Assembly (NCBI GenBank): GCA_041659765.1
Contig: JBAZXR010000001.1
Span: forward strand, 531,338-595,337
Direction of reading: 5' to 3'
Length of the DNA: 64,000 bases
DNA from: Patescibacteria group bacterium
Lineage (GTDB): Bacteria > Patescibacteriota > Patescibacteriia > UBA9934
Shown here piece after piece: positions 46,133 through 56,145 of this stretch. The notes beneath the pieces were generated by a model. The model worked only from the letters and a program-made list of their open reading frames with translations. It ran no database searches and was not told where the DNA came from. The translations under genes and the position numbers were made by a program. Within the stretch, counting starts at the first letter, position 1. The number at the start of each line of letters is the position of its first letter.

Positions 46133-47394
46133 CTGTCCACCTCTTCTTCAATCTCAAGTAGCCGATTGTATTTCGCGAGACGCTCCGAACGTGATGGCGC
46201 GCCAGTCTTAATGTATTCAGCGTTCACGGCAACGGCCAGATCGGCAATGGTCGTATCGGTCGTCTCCCCGGAACGGTGTGAGATAACCATTTTGTATTTT
46301 TGTTTCTGACCGTATTCGATGGTGTCGATCGTTTCCGAGAGCGTGCCGATCTGGTTAGGTTTGATAAGCACTGCGTTTGCGCAGTGTTCGGCCACCCCGC
46401 GTTTAACGCGTTCTATGTTAGTTACGAACAAGTCGTCACCGATCAAAAGAAGTTTATCGCCTAGTCGTTTGGTCAGCTTCTGCCAGCCGCTCCAAGCATC
46501 CTCCGCCAAACCGTCTTCAACAGACAACATGGGATACTTTTCCAGCCACTCTTCATACAAACCGATCATCTCATCTTCCGCCATCTTTCGCCGATCAGTA
46601 TTTAATATGTATCTGCCGGTTCGCTCGTCGAAAAACTCACTCGCGGCCACGTCAATTCCAAAGTGTATCTGTTTGCCTAGTTTGTAACCCGCAGCTTTAG
46701 TTGCTTTTACTAGGTACTCGAGCGCCGCTTCGGTCTTGCCAACGTCTGGAGCATATCCGCCCTCGTTCCCTACGTCTGTATCGAGTCCGTCTTTACGAAG
46801 AACATCGCCGAGAGCATGAAAGATCTCACTGCCAGCCTGAAGTTGCTTCGAGTATTTTTTAATGCCATCAGGCACAATAATAAACTCCTGCATGTCTAAG
46901 TTCGTATCCGCATGCCGTCCCCCGTTAAACACGTTCATGAGCGGAGTTGGAAGATTCCAAGTCTTGTGGTTAATACCAAATATTGCCCGCAGATGAACAT
47001 ATAACGGAGTGCCAGCTCGACGAGCTCCGGCGTGCACACAAGCCATCGATACACCAAGAATCGCGTTAGCACCCAGCTTGGCCTTGTTATCAGTCCCGTC
47101 AAGAACTCTCATTACATCGTCAATCTTCCGCACATCAAAAACGTCCATTCCACGAATAGCTTTTGCAATGGGACCGTTCACGTTATTCACGGCCTTCATG
47201 ACGCCAAGGCCTCGATACCGCTTCTTGTCGCCATCGCGGAGTTCAAGCGCCTCATGTACCCCCGTTGACGCACCCGAAGGAACCGAAGCCGATCCCCTCG
47301 TGCCATTTCTGAGCGTAACCGTAACGTTGACCGTCGGATTTCCACGGGAGTCCAGAATCTCATGAGCGTGAACCTCGGAAATCCTGTCTAACAT
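46129..47394 (-). CDS. eno: Enolase
   Basis: DSRGNPTV, SGASTG and SHRSGET motifs. Confidence 0.97.
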   Translation of the reverse strand: MLDRISEVHAHEILDSRGNPTVNVTVTLRNGTRGSASVPSGASTGVHEALELRDGDKKRYRGLGVMKAVNNVNGPIAKAIRGMDVFDVRKIDDVMRVLDGTDNKAKLGANAILGVSMACVHAGARRAGTPLYVHLRAIFGINHKTWNLPTPLMNVFNGGRHADTNLDMQEFIIVPDGIKKYSKQLQAGSEIFHALGDVLRKDGLDTDVGNEGGYAPDVGKTEAALEYLVKATKAAGYKLGKQIHFGIDVAASEFFDERTGRYILNTDRRKMAEDEMIGLYEEWLEKYPMLSVEDGLAEDAWSGWQKLTKRLGDKLLLIGDDLFVTNIERVKRGVAEHCANAVLIKPNQIGTLSETIDTIEYGQKQKYKMVISHRSGETTDTTIADLAVAVNAEYIKTGAPSRSERLAKYNRLLEIEEEVDS

Positions 47395-47396
47395 AT

Positions 47397-48182
47397 TTAT
47401 TCGATGGCAAACTCGATCTGCACGGTCTTAGAAACCTCGGTCTGACCGGGCTGCAAACTAGGAGCCTCGCCAGCACCGCCCATGGCTTTCATACTATCAA
47501 AAGCGTAAGGATAGGGAGACGGTGAATTGTCATATTCTGAATAAGAAATTACGCCGCCAAGTCTAGCGTGCATAGCAGTTGCGATAGCCGCTGCCTGTTC
47601 ATAGGCTTTAGCGATGGCATTCTTACGAGCTTCCGCCTCTACCGCGGCCGGTTCCTCAACCGTATATCGTAAACCGCTGATGTTAGTCGCGCCGAGCGAC
47701 AAAACTTTAGCTAAAACGCTGCCGGCAATATCAGTATTACGAATTTTAACCGTCAGGGTCTCATTCGCGTCATAACCAACAACTCTGGCAGGAGAAACGT
47801 CATAGTCATAGGACGGATTAACGCTGTAATTGGAAGTTTGGATATCCTTAGCATCTACGCCGAGCGCTTTCACCGCTGCAATAATCGCGTTAGCCTTACT
47901 GGCGTTATCAAATCCCGCTTTATCCGGAGTGCTCGCCGTATTGCTCACACCCAGGTCTACCGTAGCCACGTCGGGAGCAACACTGGCTGTATCAGTCGCT
48001 GACACAGAAATAGATGGCGGCTGACGATCAGCAACTCCAATTCTATTTGTCTCAGCCAAGGACTTCCTAATCAGCACGCCCGTATACACAATTCCGTAGA
48101 CAAGAAAAATAGCGAGCAGAAGCGCAAACAATTTATTCTCACTCCACTGCGGCCAAAATCCGCCCGAAGATTCTTTAGGCAT
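47397..48182 (-). CDS. SIMPL / DUF541 protein
   Basis: PD.A...GV, DIQTS.Y.V.P and AR..AI..A motifs. Confidence 0.85.
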   Translation of the reverse strand: MPKESSGGFWPQWSENKLFALLLAIFLVYGIVYTGVLIRKSLAETNRIGVADRQPPSISVSATDTASVAPDVATVDLGVSNTASTPDKAGFDNASKANAIIAAVKALGVDAKDIQTSNYSVNPSYDYDVSPARVVGYDANETLTVKIRNTDIAGSVLAKVLSLGATNISGLRYTVEEPAAVEAEARKNAIAKAYEQAAAIATAMHARLGGVISYSEYDNSPSPYPYAFDSMKAMGGAGEAPSLQPGQTEVSKTVQIEFAIE

Positions 48183-48235
48183 AAAACGTAAAGAAAAAAG
48201 TATTAAAGCGTAAAGTACTAAGTGAATAATACCAT

Positions 48236-49363
48236 CTATGCCTGGAGAGCTTCGAGTCCGGGGAGTTTTTCTCCAGACAGAAGGGCGAGCATAGCACCGC
48301 CACCCGTCGACACATGCGTGAAGCCCTTGAGGAGATCCAATGACTCAAGAAACTCGACGGTGTCTCCCCCGCCAACGATTGCAGTTTTTGGCAGAGCGTC
48401 ACCAATAGCTTTGGCAACAGCCTTAGTTCCCGCTCGAGCCCCAGGTTCTTCGATTATGCCCATCGGGCCATTCCAGAGGACGCTCATCGCGCCGGCAATT
48501 TTTAATGCATACAACTCAGTCGTCTTAGGGCCGATGTCGATCACGCGTGAAGCACCCTCTATGTGCAGGTCCTCGGGCAGAATAATTTTCTCCATGTATC
48601 TTCGTAACAGACTCTCCGCCGCCTTCACGTCTTCTACTTTCATGTCTTTCTTCACTTTCTCGGGAAGTGGTCTATCAAGCGCATGCAAGAGCGGCAAACA
48701 GAGCGCTCCGCCCACGAGAACGACATCCGCCGGCTCGGCCAGGTGTTCGACTAGCGGCAACTTCGTCGCAAGCTTGGCCCCGCCGAGCACAACGACGTAT
48801 GGATGACTGTGCTGCTTCTCGAGCGTCCTTACTTCACGAACAACGAGTTCGCCCGCAAAGCTCGGAAGCTCGCGGGTAATGGCGTCGACCGACGCATGCG
48901 CCCGATGACACACGCCAAAGGCGTTATTCACGTACACATCCGCCAAGCGCGCGAGGGATTTTGCGAAAGCAACGCTATTTTCTTCTTCGCCAGGATCAAA
49001 ACGTAGATTTTCGAGCATGAGAATCTCGCCTGCGTCAGCACCAAGCACCTCGCGCTCGACAGCCTGCCCGACGATACCAGATAACACGCGCACAGGCTTG
49101 CCAAGCTTCTCCGCGAGCAGTCTAGCAATGGGCACAACCGACAATTGATCGTCGACTTTTCCGCCGGGGTCGCCGAGATGCGTCGCCAAGATGATTCGGG
49201 CTCCATGCGCCCTAAGCTTCACAATCTCCGGAATCGTTTGTTGCAACCGCCCATACGCGCCATCCTTTGCCTGGCCTCGAACCACCGGGACATTACCGTC
49301 GATACGCAAAAAGACCCGCGTGCCTAATGTAATATCGGAAGATGTCCAAGTTCGGAGATGCAT
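48236..49363 (-). CDS. pgk: Phosphoglycerate kinase
   Basis: LENLRF, WNGPMG and STGGGA motifs. Confidence 0.93.
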   Translation of the reverse strand: MHLRTWTSSDITLGTRVFLRIDGNVPVVRGQAKDGAYGRLQQTIPEIVKLRAHGARIILATHLGDPGGKVDDQLSVVPIARLLAEKLGKPVRVLSGIVGQAVEREVLGADAGEILMLENLRFDPGEEENSVAFAKSLARLADVYVNNAFGVCHRAHASVDAITRELPSFAGELVVREVRTLEKQHSHPYVVVLGGAKLATKLPLVEHLAEPADVVLVGGALCLPLLHALDRPLPEKVKKDMKVEDVKAAESLLRRYMEKIILPEDLHIEGASRVIDIGPKTTELYALKIAGAMSVLWNGPMGIIEEPGARAGTKAVAKAIGDALPKTAIVGGGDTVEFLESLDLLKGFTHVSTGGGAMLALLSGEKLPGLEALQA

Positions 49364-49365
49364 AA

Positions 49366-50628
49366 CTAATCATTCTTATTATACAAAACAATTCCTTTTA
49401 GCCATTTCCGCAGGGCGTATGGCCAAGGGAGGATAGAAAAGAAATAGCGGCCATCAACTAGCCGACGAAGATAAAAGGCTAGCGGGCCTTTAATAGAAAG
49501 GCCAAAGACGTAACCAACGCCGTATGTACCGCCAACGGCAATCAAAGAATCCCAACGCGCTCTAAAGGGATACGCCGTCATCGAACGACCGGTGAGTTGC
49601 GCAATAAGATTCTTAGCGATCCATTTCGCTTGAGCAACTCCGCTCTGCGCAGTCATTGGCTCGACTGAATTAGAAAGCGGATTCATAAGCGAAGCACAGT
49701 CCCCGGCGCAATAGACATTCTTCTTACCCTTCACGGCAAACATCGGATCAACCAGAATTCTGCCTTTTGGATCCAGTGGCAGACCCAGGCTCTTGATAAC
49801 AGAAACCGGCGCGACTCCCCCGCTCCAAATCGCCAAATCACAGGGATGAACCATGGCGTCACCCGCGGCATTCTTGAGCTCAATTACTTTCTGGTTAACA
49901 GACATAACCGCCAGATTGCACAGCACATTAACACCTAGTTTTTCTAAACGCTTCGTAGCTGCGCGCGTTAGCGAATCCGGAAAGGCCCCGAGCGGACATT
50001 TTCTATCGATCAATGACACTTTTACTGCGCCAGTTGCAAGCTCGCCACGTTCTATTTGTTTTCGAATAGACATCATGAACTCACCGGCAAATTCAACTCC
50101 GGTTGGTCCGGCGCCGATAATAGAAATGTTCTTTTGGTTAGCTGATGAAGCATCAACCAGCAAATCCCTAACCTGTCTCTCAATATCTACCGCATCAGAT
50201 GCAGATTTCAGCGGCGAACAATGTTCCGGCAAGCCGGGAATACCGAAATAATTAGACTCAGTTCCGAGCGCAATAATCAAAATGCTATAACGAACTGTTA
50301 AACCGTCAGCCAGAAATACTGAACGCGATCGAAAATCAACACCGGTAATCGCTTCCTGGCGAAAACGGACATCCTTGTATCCCGGGATCCCCACAAATGG
50401 CACGCTCGCCGAAGTGTAGAGCTGGCAACGGCCCTTCCGACCATCATTCCTCGACAAATAGCCTGAGCTCACCTCATACAGCCAGGGTGTATAGGTGTGC
50501 GACGAAGATTTATCGATCACAGTCACTTCACAAGACTTCCCAACCACCCCCGCTTTAACAAGTCTCCGCGCCAAAGTAAGGCCGACAAAGCCCCCGCCTA
50601 AAATAACAATATTCTCCTTCTGGCTCAT
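49366..50628 (-). CDS. Type II NADH dehydrogenase-like FAD oxidoreductase
   Basis: GGGFVG and GAGPTGVE.AGE motifs. Confidence 0.85.
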   Translation of the reverse strand: MSQKENIVILGGGFVGLTLARRLVKAGVVGKSCEVTVIDKSSSHTYTPWLYEVSSGYLSRNDGRKGRCQLYTSASVPFVGIPGYKDVRFRQEAITGVDFRSRSVFLADGLTVRYSILIIALGTESNYFGIPGLPEHCSPLKSASDAVDIERQVRDLLVDASSANQKNISIIGAGPTGVEFAGEFMMSIRKQIERGELATGAVKVSLIDRKCPLGAFPDSLTRAATKRLEKLGVNVLCNLAVMSVNQKVIELKNAAGDAMVHPCDLAIWSGGVAPVSVIKSLGLPLDPKGRILVDPMFAVKGKKNVYCAGDCASLMNPLSNSVEPMTAQSGVAQAKWIAKNLIAQLTGRSMTAYPFRARWDSLIAVGGTYGVGYVFGLSIKGPLAFYLRRLVDGRYFFSILPWPYALRKWLKGIVLYNKND

Positions 50629-50631
50629 ATG

Positions 50632-51039
50632 TTAGGAAAAGAGGAACTTAACGACCGCACTGGGGTTTTTAATGTTACGAAGAATCAAACCGTTGAGTCC
50701 GAAGGCGTTACCCAGACCGCCAGCAAGTCCCATAAGGGCCACACTCACTACTATAAGCTGTGGCCAGATGAGCATCTTCAGCATGGGGAGCGGCATAAGC
50801 ATAATATCGAGCACGATCAAGGCCAGGAGCACGACTAGGCTAGCGGGTCTCACAAGAAGTCCGGCGATGAATAGAACACCGATCACGAGCGCGAATGGTT
50901 CAAGCCAAAATAGAAACGTGGTGTGATAAGACATGACGAGTATAGCGCCGAAAGCTATGCGCAGAAGCACGAGCGCCGGCCCAAAAAGCTGTTCATTCGT
51001 TCCTGCTATGATTCGACCAAGCATTGTTTGCACTCTCAT
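50632..51039 (-). CDS. DoxX-like membrane protein
   Basis: LLRI..G and GLLVR.AS motifs, 4 TMs. Confidence 0.65.
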   Translation of the reverse strand: MRVQTMLGRIIAGTNEQLFGPALVLLRIAFGAILVMSYHTTFLFWLEPFALVIGVLFIAGLLVRPASLVVLLALIVLDIMLMPLPMLKMLIWPQLIVVSVALMGLAGGLGNAFGLNGLILRNIKNPSAVVKFLFS

Positions 51040-51041
51040 AC

Positions 51042-52052
51042 TTAGAGTTTATGTGCGGCAGCCATGAGAACAACTTCAACCAGTCTGTTTGAATAGCCCC
51101 ACTCGTTGTCATACCAAGCGACGACTTTTACGAGGTTGCCAGCGACGACATTTGTGAGTTCGGCGTCGACGATTGCCGATCGAGAGTCGCCAACATAATC
51201 ACTCGAAACGAGCGGCTCAAAACTGACACCGAGAATGCCTTTGAATCTTGGCGTCTCGCTCGCCTTTACGAGCGCGTCATTCACTTCTTCAATAGTCACA
51301 TCGCGTTTGAGGACGAAGGTCATATCGGAAAGCGAGACCGTCGCGAGCGGGACACGAATAGATAGGCCGTCAAACTTTTCTTTAAGTACTGGAATAGTTT
51401 CGGTGACCGCAATAGCGGCACCGGTTGAAGTTGGCACCAGGTTCTCAGCCGCGGCTCGACCCTCCCGAAGATCCTTTCTCGGCGAATCAACAAGAGCCTG
51501 CGAGGCGGTGTAACCATGAACCGTGGTCATGATCGCTTTTTCTATGCCAAAGGCTTCCTCAATAACCGCTGTAACCGGAGCGACGCAATTAGTAGTGCAC
51601 GACGCATTATTGATCACGGCATGGCGATCAGTGGCTATGCCGTCACAATTCACGCCTCGAACATAAGTAGGCACATCTCCCCCCTTGGCTGGGGCCGACA
51701 AAACTACGCTCTTAGCGCCGGCCTTAATATGAGCCTCAGCTTTTTCCTGAGTAGTGAAAAAACCGGTTGATTCAATAACCACATCAATACCCAGTTTCTT
51801 CCAGGGCAACATGGCCGGATCTTTCTCGGCTAGTAACTCGACTTTCTTCCCGCCAATCACGAGCGAGTTGCCCTCAGCTACAACCTCCACGTCCCACAAA
51901 CCATAATTAGTATCGTGCTTCAGCAAGTAAGCCAAGGTCTTAGCGTCAGTTAAATCATTAATCGCCACAACATCGAATCCATTCTTACCCCAACCCACCT
52001 TCAGCGCGCTTCGACCGATTCGCCCAAAACCATTGATTGCAATTTTTGCCAT
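51042..52052 (-). CDS. gap: Glyceraldehyde-3-phosphate dehydrogenase
   Basis: GFGRIGR, ASCTTNC and WYDNE motifs. Confidence 0.97.
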   Translation of the reverse strand: MAKIAINGFGRIGRSALKVGWGKNGFDVVAINDLTDAKTLAYLLKHDTNYGLWDVEVVAEGNSLVIGGKKVELLAEKDPAMLPWKKLGIDVVIESTGFFTTQEKAEAHIKAGAKSVVLSAPAKGGDVPTYVRGVNCDGIATDRHAVINNASCTTNCVAPVTAVIEEAFGIEKAIMTTVHGYTASQALVDSPRKDLREGRAAAENLVPTSTGAAIAVTETIPVLKEKFDGLSIRVPLATVSLSDMTFVLKRDVTIEEVNDALVKASETPRFKGILGVSFEPLVSSDYVGDSRSAIVDAELTNVVAGNLVKVVAWYDNEWGYSNRLVEVVLMAAAHKL

Positions 52053-52109
52053 AAAAAAGAAAAGCCTTCGGAGGTATTTTACCACGAAGGCTCTCTTTTT
52101 ATTCGTCAC

Positions 52110-52703
52110 TTATGCGCCCAACTGCATTCTCACGAAGCGGCCAATCTTCAGACTCTCGCCAATGGAGAGCACTTTGCTTTCCATGAGCTGCTGAACCGTC
52201 ATTGAATCGTCTTTCACGAAGGGCTGATCCATGAGACAGATTTCTGCGAAGTACTTGGCCAGTTTACCCTCAATGATCTTCTCGGCTACCTCAGCCGGCT
52301 TGCCTTCAGCGGCCAGCTGCTCCATGTAAATCGCCTTTTCGCGATCAACCGTTTCCTGCGGGACGTCCTCGCGTGAGCGATAGATTGGACCGGCAGCGGC
52401 GATATGCATAGCTAAGTCCTGACAAAGGGACTGGAACTGTTCAGTACGCGCCACGAAGTCCGTTTCGCACATAACTTCTACGAGTACTGAGAGCTTACCG
52501 TTGCCGTGCGTGTACGCATGGACGCGGCCTTCGCCCGTCACGCGATCAGATTTCTTGGCGGCCTTCATGGCTCCACTCTTGCGAAGTCCGTCAATGGCCT
52601 TTTCCATGTCACCGTCAGCCTCCGTGAGCGCTTTCTTGGCATCCATCATGCCTGCGCCCGTCATGTCGCGAAGTTTTGCGACGTCACCTGCGGTAAATGC
52701 CAT
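52110..52703 (-). CDS. tsf: Elongation factor Ts (short form)
   Basis: LR..TGAGMMD.KKAL and ETDFVAR motifs. Confidence 0.96.
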   Translation of the reverse strand: MAFTAGDVAKLRDMTGAGMMDAKKALTEADGDMEKAIDGLRKSGAMKAAKKSDRVTGEGRVHAYTHGNGKLSVLVEVMCETDFVARTEQFQSLCQDLAMHIAAAGPIYRSREDVPQETVDREKAIYMEQLAAEGKPAEVAEKIIEGKLAKYFAEICLMDQPFVKDDSMTVQQLMESKVLSIGESLKIGRFVRMQLGA

Positions 52704-52714
52704 ATCTGTAGGGA

Positions 52715-53560
52715 TTATTTCTTTACTTCAGCTACTTTCTTAGCAGCCAGTTCTTCTTTCACCTTTTCGTCAATGTCCTGGACAGCGTCATGAGACTTTT
52801 CGGAAACCTTCACATCATCTGCTTCGGCATCAAACTTTTTGATTGGCGCCAGAGCCGCTGCACGTAGTGTAGCATTCTTGGTCTTACCTTCCTTCACTGC
52901 TTCAGAAATCATCTTGGTGATGAGGTCAATGCTGGCGGAAGCGTCGTCGTTGCCAGGGATAACGTACTGGATACCTGTGGAGTTTACGTTGCTGTCTACC
53001 AAAGCGACGATTGGTACTTTAACCGTTGTAGCTTCGCGGACAACCGTCTTTTCAATGCGCGCGTCCAAAATGAACACAGCTTCTGGCAAGCGAGTCATGG
53101 TGGAGATACCACCGATCTTCTCATCAAGTTCAGCAATTTCACGATCAAACTGGAGCTGTTCCAGCTTGGTGTACTTGCGGAGTTCACCCTTCTCGCGCTT
53201 ATCCTTCAAATCCAAGTAGTGGCGGATGAGGCGCTGGATCTGTGGGAAGTTTGTGAGCGTACCGCCCAACCAGCGAACGTTCACGTACGGCATACCGCAC
53301 TCCTTACCGTACTTAGCAATAATATCCTGAGCCTGGCTCTTAGTGCCGACGAGCAAAATGCTGCCGCCCTTAGCCACCACGTCAGTGACGAAAGTCATAG
53401 CCTTCTCAAGCTGAGCCTGAGTCTTCTCTACGTCAATTACGTGCACGCCCTGGCGAATTCCGAAAATAAACGGTCTCATCTTTGGGTGCCACTTAGCGGA
53501 CTGGTGTCCAAAGTGCACGCCCGACTTCAACATCTCTTCAATGCTTGGCATTTTAGCCAT
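52715..53560 (-). CDS. rpsB: 30S ribosomal protein S2
   Basis: GVHFGH, RWLGGTLTN and PGNDD motifs. Confidence 0.97.
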   Translation of the reverse strand: MAKMPSIEEMLKSGVHFGHQSAKWHPKMRPFIFGIRQGVHVIDVEKTQAQLEKAMTFVTDVVAKGGSILLVGTKSQAQDIIAKYGKECGMPYVNVRWLGGTLTNFPQIQRLIRHYLDLKDKREKGELRKYTKLEQLQFDREIAELDEKIGGISTMTRLPEAVFILDARIEKTVVREATTVKVPIVALVDSNVNSTGIQYVIPGNDDASASIDLITKMISEAVKEGKTKNATLRAAALAPIKKFDAEADDVKVSEKSHDAVQDIDEKVKEELAAKKVAEVKK

Positions 53561-53749
53561 AATGTTTCCTTTTTAACCTCGATTCCCTGCTACCGGGCCC
53601 CGTCGATTACTCGACAAGGGAAGGTTCGATAGCGTTTGTAGTGGGAATCTGTGAATTAATAGTTTCTAAATCCCTAACGGGACGGCGGTAGAGTACTTGA
53701 TCAAAAAGCTCCGGTCAAGTAGGATCCGGGGGTCTTTTAGGGGGATAAG

Positions 53750-54055
53750 ATGTCTGAGGTTAGCGCAAAAAAGAAACCAAGCCGCCCCGGCGCACAGTTT
53801 GTGGTTCGCTGCGAACCAGAGCTCGCCACAAAGGTTAAGGAAAGGGCGAAAGCTCACGGACGGAAAACAGAGCCGTATATCCGAGAGCTTCTCATGGAGG
53901 ACGTGACAAAACCCGCTCCCGTAGCTCCCCCGGTTCCCTTACACCCGCTCGAGGCGCGGATCGAGCTCATGCTCAAAGCGATGCGCCTCCAAGAAATGTT
54001 TCGCGGGATCGAGATTCCGCTCACACTCCCGGGCGATGCAGTGTCAGTGAGATGA
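53750..54055 (+). CDS. Arc/ribbon-helix-helix-like DNA-binding protein
   Basis: QFVVRCEPEL..KVKERAK..GR; followed by hairpin and T-tract. Confidence 0.6.
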   Translation: MSEVSAKKKPSRPGAQFVVRCEPELATKVKERAKAHGRKTEPYIRELLMEDVTKPAPVAPPVPLHPLEARIELMLKAMRLQEMFRGIEIPLTLPGDAVSVR

Positions 54056-54107
54056 CTCCAATTCGCGAACCCCGTACTGGCCACATGCCGGTGCGGGGTC
54101 TTTTTTT

Positions 54108-54662
54108 TTAGAGGGTGATGCCGGCTTCCTGGAGTTTTTCTTTCATGGCGAGGAAGGCTTTTGTGCGGTGGGAGATTTGGATCTTTCGTTCGGGTCCCAT
54201 TTGGGCGAAGGTTTCGGTCTGGCCGTCGGGAATGAAGTAGAAATCAAATCCCCAACCTTTGCCGTCTGTTTTTGCTACATGACGGCCGTAGAGCGTTTCG
54301 AGCACAATGATCTCATGTTCTGCATCTTTGTAGGCTACAGCGCACAACACTTTTGCTTTGCTATTACCCGTCTTTTCAATATTCGCCATGACGCCGTCAT
54401 GCAGGCCGGCTTTTTCCCAAAATTTTACAAAAGGCCCTGGAAAGCCATTAACGGCCTCGACCTCATAGGAGACATCTTCGACGAGCACAGGTGCGCCGAC
54501 CCACTTAAAGGCGGCCTGAAGTTTCTCGGTCACGATCTCCTTGAGATCCATCGATTGTTTTTCGGGGAGATCAATCTTTGTACTCATGAGTCCGGGCATG
54601 TCCAAAATGGCAGCCACTTCTCGGCGTTTGTTTTCGTTACCGGTGACGAAGGTGATATTCAT
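54108..54662 (-). CDS. Non-canonical purine NTP pyrophosphatase (Ham1/ITPase)
   Basis: TGN.NK, ED, PGP.VK and SHR motifs. Confidence 0.92.
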   Translation of the reverse strand: MNITFVTGNENKRREVAAILDMPGLMSTKIDLPEKQSMDLKEIVTEKLQAAFKWVGAPVLVEDVSYEVEAVNGFPGPFVKFWEKAGLHDGVMANIEKTGNSKAKVLCAVAYKDAEHEIIVLETLYGRHVAKTDGKGWGFDFYFIPDGQTETFAQMGPERKIQISHRTKAFLAMKEKLQEAGITL

Positions 54663-54689
54663 ACAAGGTGTTAGGTGATAGGTGGTAGG

Positions 54690-55697
54690 TTACCTGATGA
54701 ACATCGCGTCGCCGAAGGAGAAGAAACGATAGTCGTTTGTCTTGGCAGCTTCGTATGCAGCGAGCATACGCTCTCGGCTGGAAAATGACGAGACGAGGAC
54801 AAGCAACGTTGATTTTGGGAGGTGGAAGTTGGTAATCAAACCATCAATCACTTTAAACTCGAACCCTGGCGTAATGAAGATATTGATCTCGCCTTCGTAG
54901 CCCACGAGCGAACCCCGCGTCGACGCAATGCCCTCGAGCACTCTTGTCGTCGTTGTCCCGACCGCGATCACGCGACGTCCCTCGGATTTGGCGGCATTGA
55001 TCCGTTCGGCGGTCTCTTTCGAAAGACTCACCCACTCGCTGTGCATTTCGTGCTCTTCAAGGGTTTCTGTTTTTACCGGACGAAAAGTGCCAATGCCGAC
55101 ATGAAGCACGACTTCCTCGATTTGTACGCCTTTTGCTTTTATCTTTTCGAGGAGTTCTGGCGTAAAGTGAAAGCCTGCGGTTGGAGCGGCGACGGAGCCA
55201 ACTTGCTTAGCGTAAATGGTTTGATACTTCGACTCGTCCTTGAGAGAACCTTCGACGTACGGCGGTGTTGGGATATCCCCATATTTGTCACAGAAGACGA
55301 GCATCTCCGCGGCGGTCATCCCTGTTCTCAAAATAACGACCCCGTCGGTACTTTTTTCTTGCACGATGAATTCGTGCGCTGCGACGTTAATAACGTCGCC
55401 TTCTCGAAATTTGCGACCGGGTTTTAATAACACCTCGGCCTCGCCCTCTTTTATTCGAAGAACGAAAATCTCCAATCCCTCCTTTAAAAGACGGGCCTTA
55501 AATACCTTCGAGGTATTAAAAACCAGCACGTCACCGGCTTTTAGCTCCTCGATAATATTGAAAAACTGCTTATGTTGGACCTCTCCTGTTGCCCGGTCGA
55601 CAACCATCAATTTGGAGTGATCCCGGGGTTCAACTGAAGATTGGGCGATAAATCGCTCGGGGAGATCGTAGTCGAATAAGCTGATGGGGGTATTCAT
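54690..55697 (-). CDS. queA: tRNA preQ1 S-adenosylmethionine ribosyltransferase-isomerase
   Basis: YQT.YA..GSVAAPTAG.HF and FFSFGDAM motifs. Confidence 0.96.
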   Translation of the reverse strand: MNTPISLFDYDLPERFIAQSSVEPRDHSKLMVVDRATGEVQHKQFFNIIEELKAGDVLVFNTSKVFKARLLKEGLEIFVLRIKEGEAEVLLKPGRKFREGDVINVAAHEFIVQEKSTDGVVILRTGMTAAEMLVFCDKYGDIPTPPYVEGSLKDESKYQTIYAKQVGSVAAPTAGFHFTPELLEKIKAKGVQIEEVVLHVGIGTFRPVKTETLEEHEMHSEWVSLSKETAERINAAKSEGRRVIAVGTTTTRVLEGIASTRGSLVGYEGEINIFITPGFEFKVIDGLITNFHLPKSTLLVLVSSFSSRERMLAAYEAAKTNDYRFFSFGDAMFIR

Positions 55698-55743
55698 TTG
55701 ACAAAGACTAGCCCATTTTGTACTATTTGGCCAATCTTTTCTT

Positions 55744-56055
55744 ATGAAAGCCGATATCCACCCAACGTATTTTGAGAACGCCGTAATCGCTTGCGCTTGC
55801 GGAGCTAACTATAAGACCGGTTCTACCCAGGAACGGATCGATATTGAATTGTGCGCCGCTTGTCACCCATTCTTCACCGGTAAGCAGAAGATTGTAGATG
55901 CTGCTCGCCGTGTGGAAAAGTTTGCTACTCGTTCTACTGAGAAGGCTGCTTCCGTAAAAACCTCAGCTGACAAGACCGCTGAAAAGGCCGCTCGCTCCAA
56001 AGCCAAGGCCACTAAGAAAGCTGCCCGCGATACTTCCATTAAAACAGCACGTTAG
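55744..56055 (+). CDS. rpmE: 50S ribosomal protein L31
   Basis: MK.DIHP.Y and CHPFFTG motifs. Confidence 0.95.
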   Translation: MKADIHPTYFENAVIACACGANYKTGSTQERIDIELCAACHPFFTGKQKIVDAARRVEKFATRSTEKAASVKTSADKTAEKAARSKAKATKKAARDTSIKTAR

Positions 56056-56145
56056 GAAAACACAACGCCTGGTCGCCAACGCGACGGGCGTTTTTGTTTA
56101 TCTGTAATGTTCAATGTTGAATGTGTAATGTACGATACCTCTACT

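Noticed and set aside
48236-49363. PGK substitutions (HLGDP for HLGRP)
   Set aside because: Most catalytic motifs are intact and the gene lies with gap and eno; not enough to call altered function.
53561-53670. Structured rpsB leader
   Set aside because: Autoregulatory rpsB leaders are expected, and I could not define the structure confidently.
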